This document shows, piece by piece, positions 27,456-39,695 of a DNA stretch of 64,000 nt. The stretch spans positions 137,755 to 201,754 of the forward strand of contig DASVDJ010000035.1 of assembly GCA_036381155.1 (NCBI GenBank), in the 5' to 3' direction. The position numbers and the translations under genes are program-made. The notes beneath the pieces were generated by a model. It saw nothing but the letters and a program-made list of their open reading frames with translations, was not told the DNA's origin and ran no database searches. This DNA comes from Vicinamibacterales bacterium. GTDB taxonomy: Bacteria > Acidobacteriota > Vicinamibacteria > Vicinamibacterales > JAENWD01. Positions within the stretch are counted from its first letter, which is position 1; every line of letters begins with the position of its first letter.

Positions 27456-28079
27456 TCAGTCGCGGAAGGTCCCGATGATCTCCGCGGCGACCGGCCCCAT
27501 CCGTGCGCGGCGCGCCCGCTCCGCCTCGATGATGCAGCGCAGGCGCCCCACCGCCGTGTCGACCTCGTCGTTGATGACGACGTAGTCGTACTCGCCGACC
27601 GCGCCGACCTCCTGCCGCGCCGTCGCGAGACGCCGGCGGATCGCCTCCTCGCTGTCCTTGCTGCGGCGGCGCAGCCGCTCTTCCAGCACGGCGTAGGACG
27701 GCGGCAGGACGAAGATGCCGACGCTGTCGAGCCCGCGGAGACGCACCTGCCGGGCGCCCTGGACGTCGATGACGAGCACGAGATCCTGCCCGGACGCGAG
27801 CACGCGCTCCGTCTCGGCGGCCGACGTGCCGTAGTAGTTCCCGAACACGTCCGCGTGCTCGAGGAACGCTCCCGCCGCGATCATCTCCTCGAAGCGGGCG
27901 CGGCCGATGAAATTATAGTCGACCCCGTCGCATTCCCCCGGCCGCGGCGGCCGCGACGTGAACGAGCGCGACAGCACCAGGTTCGGCACACCCGGCACGA
28001 GCCGCTCCACCAGCGTCGTCTTGCCCGTGCCGGACGGCGCCGACACGATGAACAGCTGTCCCCGCTGCTCACTCGACAT
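27456..28079 (-). CDS. gmk: Guanylate kinase
   Basis: 207 aa. P-loop SAPSGTGKTT. Motifs SRSFTSRPPRPGE, VDYNFI, NYYGT. Confidence 0.95.
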   Translation of the reverse strand: MSSEQRGQLFIVSAPSGTGKTTLVERLVPGVPNLVLSRSFTSRPPRPGECDGVDYNFIGRARFEEMIAAGAFLEHADVFGNYYGTSAAETERVLASGQDLVLVIDVQGARQVRLRGLDSVGIFVLPPSYAVLEERLRRRSKDSEEAIRRRLATARQEVGAVGEYDYVVINDEVDTAVGRLRCIIEAERARRARMGPVAAEIIGTFRD

Positions 28080-28952
28080 TCTGAACCTGCTCCCGCATCT
28101 TCTCCAGTTCCGCCTTGGCGGCGACGACCAGCGCCGACACCGCGCTGCCGTCGGCCTTGGCGCCGATGGTGTTGATCTCGCGGTTCATCTCCTGCAGCAG
28201 GAAATCCAGCTTCCGGCCGCACGGCTCCGGTGCCTCGACGAGCGACGTCCAGTGGACCAGATGCGCGCGGAACCGCGTCACTTCCTCGCTGATGTCCGAC
28301 CGCCCGACGACGCGCACGATCTCCTGCGCGATGGCCGCGCGATCGACGGCGAGGTCGGCGGTCAGCTCCTCTACCCGGGCGGCCAGCCGCTCGCGCAGCC
28401 CGTCGGCGCCGGCGGCGGCCGCGGCGGCAATCTGCTCAATCAGGTCCGCCAGCCCGAGACGGCGCGCCTCCAGATCCTGCCGCAGATGCTCCCCTTCGTG
28501 CACCCGCATCCGCTCCAGCGCGGCGAGCGCCTCCTCGATCGCGCGGTCCACCTGCGCACCGAGCGCCTCGCCGGCGTCGTCGTCCGGCGGAGCGTCGCGC
28601 ACGACGATGGCATGCGGCAGGCGCACGAGGTCGCCGGGCGTGAGATGCCCGGTGATGATGCCGCGCGTGCGCGCGTGCTCCAGCGCCGACTCGAGCGCCG
28701 CGATGTAGGGCTCGTTCAGCTCGACCTGCGGCACGGGCACCACCCGCGATTGCACGCTGACGGCGAGCTCCACGCGACCGCGCGCGATCGACTGCTGAAC
28801 GAGCGCCCGGATGCGCGGCTCGCGGTCGGCCAGCGCCGACGGCAGCCGCAGCTGCAGGTCGAGGAACCGGTGGTTCACCGCCCGGATGGTGACCCCCACG
28901 GCCGCACTGCCCGCGTCGTGCGTCAGCGACGCGAAGCCCGTCATCGACTTGA

Positions 28953-28956
<4 letters not shown>
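28069..28956 (-). CDS. yicC: YicC/YloC-family stress-induced protein
   Basis: 295 aa. Motifs: MIKSMTGFA, VNHRFLDLQLRLP, C-terminal LLQEMNREINTIGAKA. Its ATG overlaps the upstream stop (ATGA). Confidence 0.9.
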
Positions 28957-30754
<1,798 letters not shown>

Positions 30755-30758
<4 letters not shown>

Positions 30759-31465
30759 TCGGTGAAGCGGTATTTCAGGAGCACCCAGAGCGCGACGATG
30801 CCGTCGCGCCAGGTGATCTTCTTGCCTTCGTCGTAGCCGCGGCCGTCATACGTGATGGGCACTTCGTAGACCCGGTAGCCGCGCTTGAAAATCTTCGCCG
30901 TCAGCTCCGGCTCGATCCCGAAGCTGTTGGACCGGAGCGTCATCGACCGGAGCACCTCGGTGCGCATCACCTTGAAGCAGGTCTCCATGTCGGTCAGCAT
31001 CGTGTTGTAGAGCAGGTTCGTCACGAACGTGAGGAACACGTTCCCCATGTAGTGCGTGAACAGGAACACACGATGCCGGCCGAGGAACCGCGATCCGTAG
31101 ACGACGTCGGCACGCCCCTGGCAGATGAGCTCGATCAGCTCGGGATACTCTTCCGGAGAGTACTCGAGATCGGCGTCCTGGATGACGACCAGGTCCCCGG
31201 TCACCTCCTGGAATCCCCGGCGGAGCGCCGCCCCCTTGCCCTGGTTGCGCTCCTGCAGCACCAGCTTGAATCCGTGCGCCCGCTGGAGCTCCTGCAGGAT
31301 CTCGCGCGTCCCGTCGGTCGACCCGTCATCGACGACGATGAGCTCGATGCGGAGCGGCACGGCGAGCACCCGGCTCACGATCTCCTCGATCGTGGCCCGC
31401 TCGTTGTAGCAGGGCATCACGACCGAGAGCAGGGGGTTCTCGAGAACGCCGCGCAGCCCGGCCAT
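30755..31465 (-). CDS. Family 2 glycosyltransferase (polyprenyl-phosphate glycosyltransferase-like)
   Basis: 236 aa. Motifs: VVMPCYNE, VVDDGSTDGT, DxD-type QDADLEY. Abuts the ugd stop with zero gap. Confidence 0.9.
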
Positions 31466-32755
31466 TCAGCGTCCGATTGAGTAGTAGACGAAGCCCTGCT
31501 CCTTCATGACGTCAGGGCTGTAGATGTTCCGCCCGTCGAAGATCACCGGCTCGCGCAGCAGCCGCTTCATCCGCCCGAAGTCGGGCTCCCGGAACTCGTT
31601 CCACTCGGTGACGATCGCCAGCGCGTGCGCCCCCTTGAGCGCGTCGTAGCTGCCGTCGCAGAGGGTGATCCGGGCCCCGAAGATGCCGCGCGCCACGCGC
31701 ATCGCCTCCGGATCGAACGCCTGCACGCGCGCGCCGGCCGCGAGCAGCCGCTCGATGATGGTGATGGCCGGCGCCTCGCGCATGTCGTCGGTGCGCGGCT
31801 TGAAGGCCAGCCCCCAGACCGCGATCGTGCGCCCTTCCAGCGTGCCGAAATGCGCGACCATCTTGTCCACGAGCCGTGACTTCTGCCGCTGGTTCACGGA
31901 CTCGACGGCCTCGAGAATCTTGAAGTCGTAGCCCTTCAGGGCCGAGAAGTGCAGGATGGCCTTGACGTCCTTGGGGAAGCAGCTGCCGCCGTAGCCGACC
32001 CCGGGGAACAGGAACGAGGGGCCGATGCGCCGGTCGGAGCCCACCGCGCGGCGCACGTCGTCGACGTTCGCGCCCACCAGCTCGCAGACGTTCGCGACCT
32101 CGTTCATGAACGAGATCTTCGTCGCGAGCAGCGCATTGGCCGCGTACTTCGACAGCTCCGCGCTGGCGCAGTCCATCATCAGGATCGGCGCGCCGGTGCG
32201 CGTGAACGGCGCGTAGAGCTCCTGCATGATCCGCCGGGCCTTGTCGTCCTCGGCTCCGATGACCACGCGGTCCGGCTTCAGGAAGTCCTCGACCGCCGCC
32301 CCTTGCTTGAGGAACTCGGGGTTGCTGACGACGCTGAACGGGTGCGTCGTCTCGCGGCGCAGGATGTCGCGGACCATCGCGGCCGTGCCGACCGGCACGG
32401 TGCTCTTGTCCACGATCACCTTGTAGCCGTTCATCGCGCGCCCGATCTCGCGCGCGACGTCGAGCACGTGCCGCAGATCCGCCGATCCGTCCTCCCCCTG
32501 CGGCGTGCCGACCGCGATGAAGACGATCTCGGCGGCCCGTACGGCGCGGGCCAGCTGCGTGGTGAACGTCAGCCGCTTCTTGTTGCGCTGGACCAGCTCT
32601 TCCAGACCCGGCTCGTAAATCGGCATGCGGCCCCGCCGCAGCATCCGGACCTTGGATTCCAGCTTGTCCACGCACACGACGTCGTTGCCCGTCTCCGCGA
32701 GACAGGCTCCGACCACCAGGCCGACGTAGCCCGTGCCGATGACCGCAATCTTCAT
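31466..32755 (-). CDS. ugd: UDP-glucose 6-dehydrogenase
   Basis: 429 aa. Motifs: MKIAVIGTGYVGLVVGACLAE, GGSCFPKD (catalytic Cys), WGLAFKPRTDDMREAP. Confidence 0.95.
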   Translation of the reverse strand: MKIAVIGTGYVGLVVGACLAETGNDVVCVDKLESKVRMLRRGRMPIYEPGLEELVQRNKKRLTFTTQLARAVRAAEIVFIAVGTPQGEDGSADLRHVLDVAREIGRAMNGYKVIVDKSTVPVGTAAMVRDILRRETTHPFSVVSNPEFLKQGAAVEDFLKPDRVVIGAEDDKARRIMQELYAPFTRTGAPILMMDCASAELSKYAANALLATKISFMNEVANVCELVGANVDDVRRAVGSDRRIGPSFLFPGVGYGGSCFPKDVKAILHFSALKGYDFKILEAVESVNQRQKSRLVDKMVAHFGTLEGRTIAVWGLAFKPRTDDMREAPAITIIERLLAAGARVQAFDPEAMRVARGIFGARITLCDGSYDALKGAHALAIVTEWNEFREPDFGRMKRLLREPVIFDGRNIYSPDVMKEQGFVYYSIGR

Positions 32756-32946
32756 TCGCTCAAGCGCTCCCGGAGTCCCCCGGCGCCGACGGCACGCGCC
32801 GGCAGGCGCGGCTCGGGAGGAGACGAGGAAACGCTCGAAGGTACCACAGGCTGAGGCAGCTGTCTACATACTGACTCTCAAGCAGTTACGGGCATGGCAC
32901 GCTGCCGCGCGCCTCTTCGCGCCGCCGGTCCCGCCGTGCTAACCTC

Positions 32947-34086
32947 TTGGCTGACGTGGATATCCTGCTCGACTACCGGCCGGCGCTGCGCCAGCGCTCC
33001 GGAGTCGGTGAGTACGCGCACGAGCTGGCCGCCGCGCTGGGACGCAACGCGCGGCCGGGCGATCGCCTGCACCTGTTCACGAGCTCCTGGGCCGATCGCC
33101 CCGATCCGACGCTCGCCGCCACGCTCGGCGCGCGGGTCGTCGACCGGCGCATTCCCGTCCGCGTGCTGAACTGGGCGTGGCACCGCCGCGGCTTCCCGCC
33201 CATCGAGTGGATTGCCGGTCCGGTCGACGTCGCCCAGTCGCTGACGCCGCTGCTCATTCCGGCGCGGCGAGCCCGCCAGGTCGTCACCATCCACGACCTC
33301 GATTTCCTGCTGCATCCGGAGCGCACGAGCGGCGAGATCAGGCGCGACTACCCCGCGCTCGCGCGGGCGCACGCGGCGCGCGCGGCGCTGGTCGTCGTGA
33401 ACTCGTCGGACACATCGCGGGCGGTCCAGTCGCAGCTCGGCGTGCCCCCGGCGCGCATCGTCGAGTGCCGGCCCGGCCTGCCGGGCTGGATCGGGACGCC
33501 GGCGGCGCGGCCCGAGCCCGAGCGCGGCTACGTGCTGTTCGTGGGGACGCTCGAGCGCCGGAAGAACGTCGGCGCCCTGCTCGACGCGTGGACGCTGCTG
33601 CTCAAGACCATGCCCGACGTGCCGAAGCTGCGGCTGGTCGGCGCGTGGCGCCCCGAGGCGGGCACGTGGCTCGCGCGCCTGCAGGTTCCACCGCTGCTCG
33701 GACGCGTCGAGTACGTCGGGTACGTGCCGGACGCGCAGCGCCGGTCGATCTATGCCGGCGCCCGGCTGCTCGTGCTGCCGTCGTTCCACGAAGGGTTCGG
33801 CCTGCCGGCGCTCGAGGCGATGGCGCTCGGCGTGCCGGTGGTGGCCTCCACGGCCGGCGCGCTGCCGGAAGTCGTCGGCGACGCGGGCATCCTCGTCCCG
33901 CCGGACGACGTGCGGGGGCTGGCGGCGGCGGTGCGGGCGGTGCTGACCGATCCGCAGCGGGCGGCCGCGATGAGCGCGCGCGGCCTCGAGCGGGCGGCCC
34001 TGTTCACGTGGGATCGCGCGGCCCGCGATCTGCGCGACGCCTTCGAGCGGATTGCGGCCCTCCCGGCGCATGCGGATCGCCGTTGA
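32947..34086 (+). CDS. Family 4 (GT-B) glycosyltransferase
   Basis: 379 aa. TTG start (a GTG alternative lies at 32956). Motifs: GVGEYAHEL, C-terminal E-x7-E region (LPSFHEGFGLPALEAMALGVPVV). Confidence 0.85.
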   Translation: MADVDILLDYRPALRQRSGVGEYAHELAAALGRNARPGDRLHLFTSSWADRPDPTLAATLGARVVDRRIPVRVLNWAWHRRGFPPIEWIAGPVDVAQSLTPLLIPARRARQVVTIHDLDFLLHPERTSGEIRRDYPALARAHAARAALVVVNSSDTSRAVQSQLGVPPARIVECRPGLPGWIGTPAARPEPERGYVLFVGTLERRKNVGALLDAWTLLLKTMPDVPKLRLVGAWRPEAGTWLARLQVPPLLGRVEYVGYVPDAQRRSIYAGARLLVLPSFHEGFGLPALEAMALGVPVVASTAGALPEVVGDAGILVPPDDVRGLAAAVRAVLTDPQRAAAMSARGLERAALFTWDRAARDLRDAFERIAALPAHADRR

Positions 34087-35140
34087 CGCCCGAGAGCTCG
34101 GCGGCCGTCCCACGGGCGTCGGACGCTACCTGCAGCAGCTCCTGCGCGAGTGGGCGCGGACGCCCTCCGGACATTCGTTCACGCTCTTCACCCCCGATCC
34201 GGCGCTGCAGCTGCCCACGGGGCTGATTGGCGACGTCGCCGTGGTGCCCGGCGCCGGCGGCACCGGATGGGAGCAGCGCGCGCTGGCGCGCGCCGTGCGG
34301 CGCGCGAGACCCGACGTGCTGTTCGCGCCGGGGTACACGGCGCCGCTGCTGGTCCGCTGCCCCGTCGCCCTCGTGGTGCACGACGTGTCGTTCGCCGCGC
34401 ATCCGGAGTGGTTCCGGCCGCGCGAAGGCTTCCGCCGCCGGCTGCTCTGCCGTCTCTCCGCGCGCCGCGCGCGCGTCGTCGTCACCGTTTCGGCGTTCTC
34501 GAAGCGCGAGATCGAGACGCACCTGCACGTGCCGGCCGATCGCATCCGGGTCATCCCGCACGGGGTCGGCCTCGGCCCGTCAGCCGGAAGCGGCCGCCGC
34601 GAGCCGCTGGTGCTCTTCGTCGGGTCGGTCTTCAACCGGCGGCACGTGCCGGCCCTGATCACGGCGTTCGGCCGGCTGGCGGCGTCGCGCCCCGACCTGC
34701 GCCTGGAGATCGTCGGCGAGAACCGGACGTGGCCGCCGCAGGACCTCCGGCAGGCGGCGGTCGCGAGCGGCGCCGCATCGCGCATCGGCCTGCGGGACTG
34801 GGTCCCGGATGACACGCTGGCGGACTTGTACCAGCGGGCGTCGGCCTTCGTGTTCCTCTCCGAGTACGAGGGCTTCGGCCTGACGCCGCTGGAGGCGCTG
34901 GCCGCCGGCATCCCGCCCGTCGTGCTCGACACGCCGGTGGCGCGCGAGGTGTACGGACCGGCGGCGATCTACGTGTCCCGTGCCGAGCCCGATGCGATCG
35001 CGCACGCGCTCGAACAGGCGCTCGACCCCGGCCCTGCGCGCGACCAGGTGTTCGCCGCCGCTCCCGGCGTTCTGGCACGCTATCGCTGGGAGGACGCCGC
35101 CGCGGCCACGCTCGCCGCGATCTGCGAGGCGGCCTCATGA
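34070..35140 (+). CDS. Family 4 (GT-B) glycosyltransferase
   Basis: Trimmed to the ATG at 34070 (MRIAVDARELGGRPTGVGRYL). Motif: LSEYEGFGLTPLEALAAGIPPVV. Overlaps the previous gene by 17 nt. Confidence 0.85.
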   Translation: MRIAVDARELGGRPTGVGRYLQQLLREWARTPSGHSFTLFTPDPALQLPTGLIGDVAVVPGAGGTGWEQRALARAVRRARPDVLFAPGYTAPLLVRCPVALVVHDVSFAAHPEWFRPREGFRRRLLCRLSARRARVVVTVSAFSKREIETHLHVPADRIRVIPHGVGLGPSAGSGRREPLVLFVGSVFNRRHVPALITAFGRLAASRPDLRLEIVGENRTWPPQDLRQAAVASGAASRIGLRDWVPDDTLADLYQRASAFVFLSEYEGFGLTPLEALAAGIPPVVLDTPVAREVYGPAAIYVSRAEPDAIAHALEQALDPGPARDQVFAAAPGVLARYRWEDAAAATLAAICEAAS

Positions 35141-35955
35141 GCCTGGCGATCGTGATCGTCGCGTACAACGCGGTCCGGGACCTGACCGCGGCGCTCGAGA
35201 GCCTGTCCGCCGCGCCTCCCTCGATTCCCACCGGCATCGTCGTCGTCGACAACGCGTCGACCGAGGACGTGCCCGGACTCGTCCGTGCACGGTTCCCCGG
35301 CGTGACGCTGATCGAGGCGGGCGCGAACCTCGGGTTCGCACGCGGCGTGAACCTCGGCGTCCGGAACAGCACGAGCGAGTACGTGCTCCTCCTCAACCCG
35401 GATACGACCGTGCCGCCGGGGGCCATCGATCGACTGGTTGCGTCGCTGCAGCAGGCGCCCGAGGTCGGCGCAATCGGCCCGCGGCTCGTCGACGCGGCGG
35501 GGCGCGCCGAGCTGTCGTTCGGCCGGATGTACTCGCCGCTCTCCGAGCTGCGGACCAAGCTGTGGCTCGGGATGCAGGCGCGCGGCGTGCCGTTCGTCCA
35601 GGCGGCAATCGAACGGGCGACGTCGCGCGCGCGGGACGTGGACTGGGTGAGCGGCGCCTGCCTGCTCGTGCGGCGATTGGCCGGTGAGGCGGTCGGCTGG
35701 CTCGACGAGCGCTACTTCCTGTATGCCGAGGACGTCGACTTCTGCGCGGCGCTGCGCGCCGCCGGCTGGCGCGTCCGGTTCACGCCCGACGTGCAGGTGG
35801 TACACCACCGCGGGCGGTCGGGGGCCTCTCGTCCGGACGCGACGCGGAGGGCGTGGCACGCCAGCCATCTCGCGTTCTACCGCAAGCACCGGCCGCGGTG
35901 GGCGCCGTGGCTCGAGCGGTATCTCCGCTGGCGCGGATACGACCCGACCGCCTAG
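35137..35955 (+). CDS. Family 2 glycosyltransferase
   Basis: 272 aa, ATGA overlap with the previous gene. Motifs: IVIVAYNAVRDL, VVVDNASTED, LLLNPDT, YAEDVDFC. Confidence 0.85.
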   Translation: MSLAIVIVAYNAVRDLTAALESLSAAPPSIPTGIVVVDNASTEDVPGLVRARFPGVTLIEAGANLGFARGVNLGVRNSTSEYVLLLNPDTTVPPGAIDRLVASLQQAPEVGAIGPRLVDAAGRAELSFGRMYSPLSELRTKLWLGMQARGVPFVQAAIERATSRARDVDWVSGACLLVRRLAGEAVGWLDERYFLYAEDVDFCAALRAAGWRVRFTPDVQVVHHRGRSGASRPDATRRAWHASHLAFYRKHRPRWAPWLERYLRWRGYDPTA

Positions 35956-35988
35956 GCGTCGGCGCGCCGGGACGGTTCAGCTACAATT

Positions 35989-37113
35989 TTGCGCGTGCGA
36001 GTGGCCTTCGATGCCCGGAAAATCCACGATTTCGGCATCGGCACCTACATCAGGAACCTGCTGCGCCAGCTGGCCCGTCTGGACCACGAGAGCGAGTACG
36101 TCCTGATCTGCCAGCCGGGCGACCGGGACCTTCCGGCCTCGCTCGGCGACAACTTCGTGGCCGCGATCGATCGCTCGAAGCCTTATTCGGTGCGCGAGCA
36201 GATCTCGATTCCCTGGGCGGTCCTGCGAAGCCGCGCCACGCTCTTCCACGAGCCGCATTACGTGCTGCCGCCGCTCGTCGCCCGCACGCGCGCGGTGGTC
36301 ACGATCCACGACTGCATCCACCTGCGCTTCCCGCAGTACCTTCCCAACCGCGCCGCGCTGACGTACGCGCGCACGCAGATGGGATCGGCGGCCCGCCGCG
36401 CCGCGCACATCATCACGGTCTCGGAGGCCTCGAAGCGGGACATCCTCCATTTCTTCCCGGTGCCACCCGAGAAGATCACCGTGATCTACAACGGGATCGA
36501 CGACCGCTTCGCGACGCCGCCGCCGGCCGACGAAATGCAGCGCGTCGCCGAGCGCTACCAGCTCGAGGGACGGTTCCTGCTGTACGTCGGCAACGTCAAG
36601 CCGCACAAGAACCTCGAGCGGCTGCTCGAAGCGTTCCACCTGGTCCGGCAGACGCCCGGCCTGGAGGACGTGCGGCTGGTCATGATCGGCGACGAGATCT
36701 CCCGCTACTCCGCCCTGCGGCGGGCCGTCCACCGCAACAACCTGCACAAGTACGTGCGGTTCCTCGGGTTCCTGCCGGATCACATGCTGCCGATCGTGTA
36801 CCGGCTCGCCTCGGTGTTCGTGTTCCCCTCGCTCTATGAGGGCTTCGGGCTGCCGCCGCTCGAAGCCATGGCCAGCGGCACGCCGGTCGTGACCTCGAAC
36901 GTCACGTCGCTGCCGGAGGTGACCGGAGACGCGGCAATCCTCGTCGACCCGCTCAGCGCGGAGGCCATCGCCGACGGCATCCGCCGGGTGCTCACCGACC
37001 GGGAGCTGGCGGATACCCTGCGGTCGCGCGGGGTCGCGCGGGCCCGGGAGTTCTCGTGGGAGCGCGTCGCGCGGGAGGTTCGACGCATCTACGCCGACGT
37101 GAGCGCGCGGTGA
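35989..37113 (+). CDS. Family 4 (GT-B) glycosyltransferase
   Basis: 374 aa, TTG start. Motifs: [43 protein letters not shown]. Confidence 0.85.
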   Translation: MRVRVAFDARKIHDFGIGTYIRNLLRQLARLDHESEYVLICQPGDRDLPASLGDNFVAAIDRSKPYSVREQISIPWAVLRSRATLFHEPHYVLPPLVARTRAVVTIHDCIHLRFPQYLPNRAALTYARTQMGSAARRAAHIITVSEASKRDILHFFPVPPEKITVIYNGIDDRFATPPPADEMQRVAERYQLEGRFLLYVGNVKPHKNLERLLEAFHLVRQTPGLEDVRLVMIGDEISRYSALRRAVHRNNLHKYVRFLGFLPDHMLPIVYRLASVFVFPSLYEGFGLPPLEAMASGTPVVTSNVTSLPEVTGDAAILVDPLSAEAIADGIRRVLTDRELADTLRSRGVARAREFSWERVAREVRRIYADVSAR

Positions 37114-38222
37114 CTGCCGTCCTCGTTCACGACTGGCTCACCGGCATGCGCGGGGGCGAGAAGGCGCTCGAGGCGCTGGGCGAGCTCCTCGACGGCGCCG
37201 ACATCCTCACCCTGGTGCACGTCCCCGGCACCGTCTCGCCGGCAATCGCGCGGCACCGCATCCGGACCTCGTTCGTCCAGCACCTGCCGGGAGCGGGGCG
37301 CTGGTACCGGCACTACCTGCCGCTCTTCCCGCTGGCCATCGAGGGGTTCGACCTCGACGGGGTGGATCTCATCGTCAGCGCGAGCCACTGCGCGGCCAAG
37401 TCGGTCGTGCCGCCCCCGGGCGCACGCCATCTGTGCTACTGCTTCACGCCGATGCGCTATGCCTGGGACCAGTACCCGCACTACTTCGGCCCCGACCGGA
37501 TCGGGCCGCTGAAGTCGCGGCTGGCGAGGCCGGTGCTCGCGGCGATGGCGCGGTGGGACCGCCGGACATCGGGGCGCGTACACCGCTATGTCGCTATCTC
37601 ACATTATGTTGCGGACCGGATCCGCCGATACTATAATCGACCGGCAACCGTTGTGTACCCTCCAGTGGACACCGCCTTCTTTCACCCCGACGGGCGGGTC
37701 CCTGAGGATTACATCCTCGCTGTGTCTGCCCTCGTTCCTTACAAGCGACTCGAGGTCGCCATCGACGCCGCGCGCCTCTCGGGCATCCCGCTCCGGATTG
37801 CCGGCCAGGGGCCGGAGATGGCGCGGCTGCAGGCCCATGCGGCCGGCGCCCCGGTGGAGTTCCTGGGGTTCCAGAGCAACGAGGCGATCCGCGACCTATA
37901 CCGGGGTGCGCGCGCCGTGGTGCTGCCGGGCGAAGAGGACTTCGGCATCGTGCCCGTCGAGGCTCAGGCGTGCGGCAGGCCGGTCATCGCCCTTGGCCGC
38001 GGCGGCGCCCGCGAGACGGTGCGCGACGGCGTGACGGGCCTGCTCGTGCCGGAGGCCACTCCCGCCGCGTTCGCGGCCGCCTACCGGGCCGTCGCCGACC
38101 GCCCGTTCGACCCGGTCGTGATCCGGGCCCACGCGGAGACGTTCAGCCGGGACCGGTTCCTCGCCCGGATGCGGGATGTGATCGACGAGACGCTCGCGGC
38201 GCCGGAGGGCACGCGATGGTGA
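37110..38222 (+). CDS. Family 4 (GT-B) glycosyltransferase
   Basis: Trimmed to the GTG at 37110, which overlaps the previous stop (GTGA). Motifs: VLVHDWLTGMRGGEK, EEDFGIVPVEAQACGRPVIA. Contains a local codon-usage anomaly (see findings). Confidence 0.85.
   Translation: MTAVLVHDWLTGMRGGEKALEALGELLDGADILTLVHVPGTVSPAIARHRIRTSFVQHLPGAGRWYRHYLPLFPLAIEGFDLDGVDLIVSASHCAAKSVVPPPGARHLCYCFTPMRYAWDQYPHYFGPDRIGPLKSRLARPVLAAMARWDRRTSGRVHRYVAISHYVADRIRRYYNRPATVVYPPVDTAFFHPDGRVPEDYILAVSALVPYKRLEVAIDAARLSGIPLRIAGQGPEMARLQAHAAGAPVEFLGFQSNEAIRDLYRGARAVVLPGEEDFGIVPVEAQACGRPVIALGRGGARETVRDGVTGLLVPEATPAAFAAAYRAVADRPFDPVVIRAHAETFSRDRFLARMRDVIDETLAAPEGTRW
37609..37637 (+). promoter_or_regulatory. Intragenic sigma-70-like promoter motif
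   Basis: TTGCGG (37609..37614), 17-nt spacer, perfect TATAAT (37632..37637). It lies inside the GT4 gene within an unusually AT-rich codon patch. Function unproven. Confidence 0.3.
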
Positions 38223-39655
38223 GGCGCCACAACCGGCTGCTCGTCGCGTTCTACGTGGTGTCGGACGCGGCGCTGGGCATCGCCGCCTTCGTCCTCGCGT
38301 ACGTCCTGCGGTTCGAGACCGGGCTGATCCCGGTGACGAAGGGGTACCCGCCGTTCAGCCAGTACGTCAACGTGCTGCCGTTCATCGGCGTGCTGGTGCC
38401 CTTTGCTTTCCACATCCAGGGCCTGTACAGACTGCGACGGGGGCGATCGCGCGTCGACGACTTCTTCGCCGTCTTCGTCGGCAGCATCCTCGCCGTCGTC
38501 TTCGGCATCGTCGCGACCCTGTACTTCCAGACCTACTACGTGCCGGACGAGCTGAAGGACCGCGGCGCGTACGAGGTCTCGCAGATCGTCTGGGCGCTGT
38601 TCCTGCTCCTGAACGTCATGCTGACGTTCGCCTCGCGGGAGCTCGTGCGCGAAGCGCTCGAGCGGCGGTGGCGCGCCGGCATCGGGCTGAAGCGGATTCT
38701 CATCGCCGGCGCCGGCGAGCTCGGCCGGCTGGTCGCGGACAAGATCCTCGAGCACCGGGAGCTCGGCTACCAGATCGTCGGGTTCGTGGACGACCGCGCC
38801 GGCGGGGACTTCCTCGGCCACCGGGGCCTGCCGATTCTCGGCACGCTCGACGAGGCCGGCGAGATCGCCGTCCGCGAGCACATCGACCACCTCTACGTCG
38901 CGCTGCCCGCCGAGGATCACCTCCGCATGCTGCAGCTGCTCGACATCGTCGGGCGCGAGATGATCGACGTGAAGGTCGTGCCCGACCTGCTGCAGGTCAT
39001 CGCGCTGCGGGCCCGGCTCGAGGACCTCGACGGGATTCCGATCGTCAACATCAACGACGTCCCGCTGCAGGGAATCAACAGCTTCGTCAAGCGGGCGCTG
39101 GACGTCGTGCTGTCCGCCGCGGCGCTGCTGGCCCTGGCCATTCCGTTCGCGATCATCGCCATCGTCATCAAGCGCACGTCCCCCGGCCCGGTGTTCTACC
39201 GCCAGGAGCGGATGGGGCTCGATGGCAAGCCGTTCATCATCTACAAGTTCCGCTCGATGTACCAGGACGCGGAGCGCGACACCGGCCCGATCTGGGCGCG
39301 GGACAACGACCCGCGCTGCACGCCGGTGGGCCGCCTGCTGCGCCGGACGAATTTGGACGAGCTCCCCCAACTCTGGAACGTGCTGAAGGGCGACATGTCG
39401 CTCGTCGGGCCGCGGCCGGAGCGCCCCTACTTCGTCCACCAGTTCAAGCAGCGCATCCCGCAGTACATGCTTCGCCACAAGGTGCGCGCCGGCCTGACGG
39501 GGTGGGCGCAGGTGAACGGCTGGCGGGGCAATACGTCCATCGAGAAGCGGATCGAGTACGACCTCTACTACATCGAGAACTGGTCCGTCGCTCTCGATCT
39601 GAAGATCATGTGGCTGACCCTCGTGAAGGGGTTCTTCCACAAGCACGCGTACTGA
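38216..39655 (+). CDS. Polyprenyl-phosphate glycosyl-1-phosphate transferase (WbaP/EpsB-type priming sugar transferase)
   Basis: Trimmed from track ORF 37970..39655 to the ATG at 38216 ([17 protein letters not shown]). Four to five N-terminal TM helices. C-terminal bacterial sugar transferase domain ([52 protein letters not shown]). Confidence 0.9.
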   Translation: MVRRHNRLLVAFYVVSDAALGIAAFVLAYVLRFETGLIPVTKGYPPFSQYVNVLPFIGVLVPFAFHIQGLYRLRRGRSRVDDFFAVFVGSILAVVFGIVATLYFQTYYVPDELKDRGAYEVSQIVWALFLLLNVMLTFASRELVREALERRWRAGIGLKRILIAGAGELGRLVADKILEHRELGYQIVGFVDDRAGGDFLGHRGLPILGTLDEAGEIAVREHIDHLYVALPAEDHLRMLQLLDIVGREMIDVKVVPDLLQVIALRARLEDLDGIPIVNINDVPLQGINSFVKRALDVVLSAAALLALAIPFAIIAIVIKRTSPGPVFYRQERMGLDGKPFIIYKFRSMYQDAERDTGPIWARDNDPRCTPVGRLLRRTNLDELPQLWNVLKGDMSLVGPRPERPYFVHQFKQRIPQYMLRHKVRAGLTGWAQVNGWRGNTSIEKRIEYDLYYIENWSVALDLKIMWLTLVKGFFHKHAY

Positions 39656-39695
39656 CGCCCACGTCCGGGGCGCCCCTCACCTCCATCACGACGCC

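Noticed and set aside
27912-27917. TATAAT hexamer on the minus strand inside gmk.
   Set aside because: No TTG-type -35 lies at 16-19 nt. The hexamer simply encodes the conserved VDYNFI peptide of guanylate kinase.
32895-32911. TGGCACGCTGCCGCGCG, 50 nt upstream of the first glycosyltransferase gene.
   Set aside because: The -24 half is perfect, but the -12 GC is displaced by one nucleotide and lacks the TTGC context. That is too weak to call without a scoring matrix.
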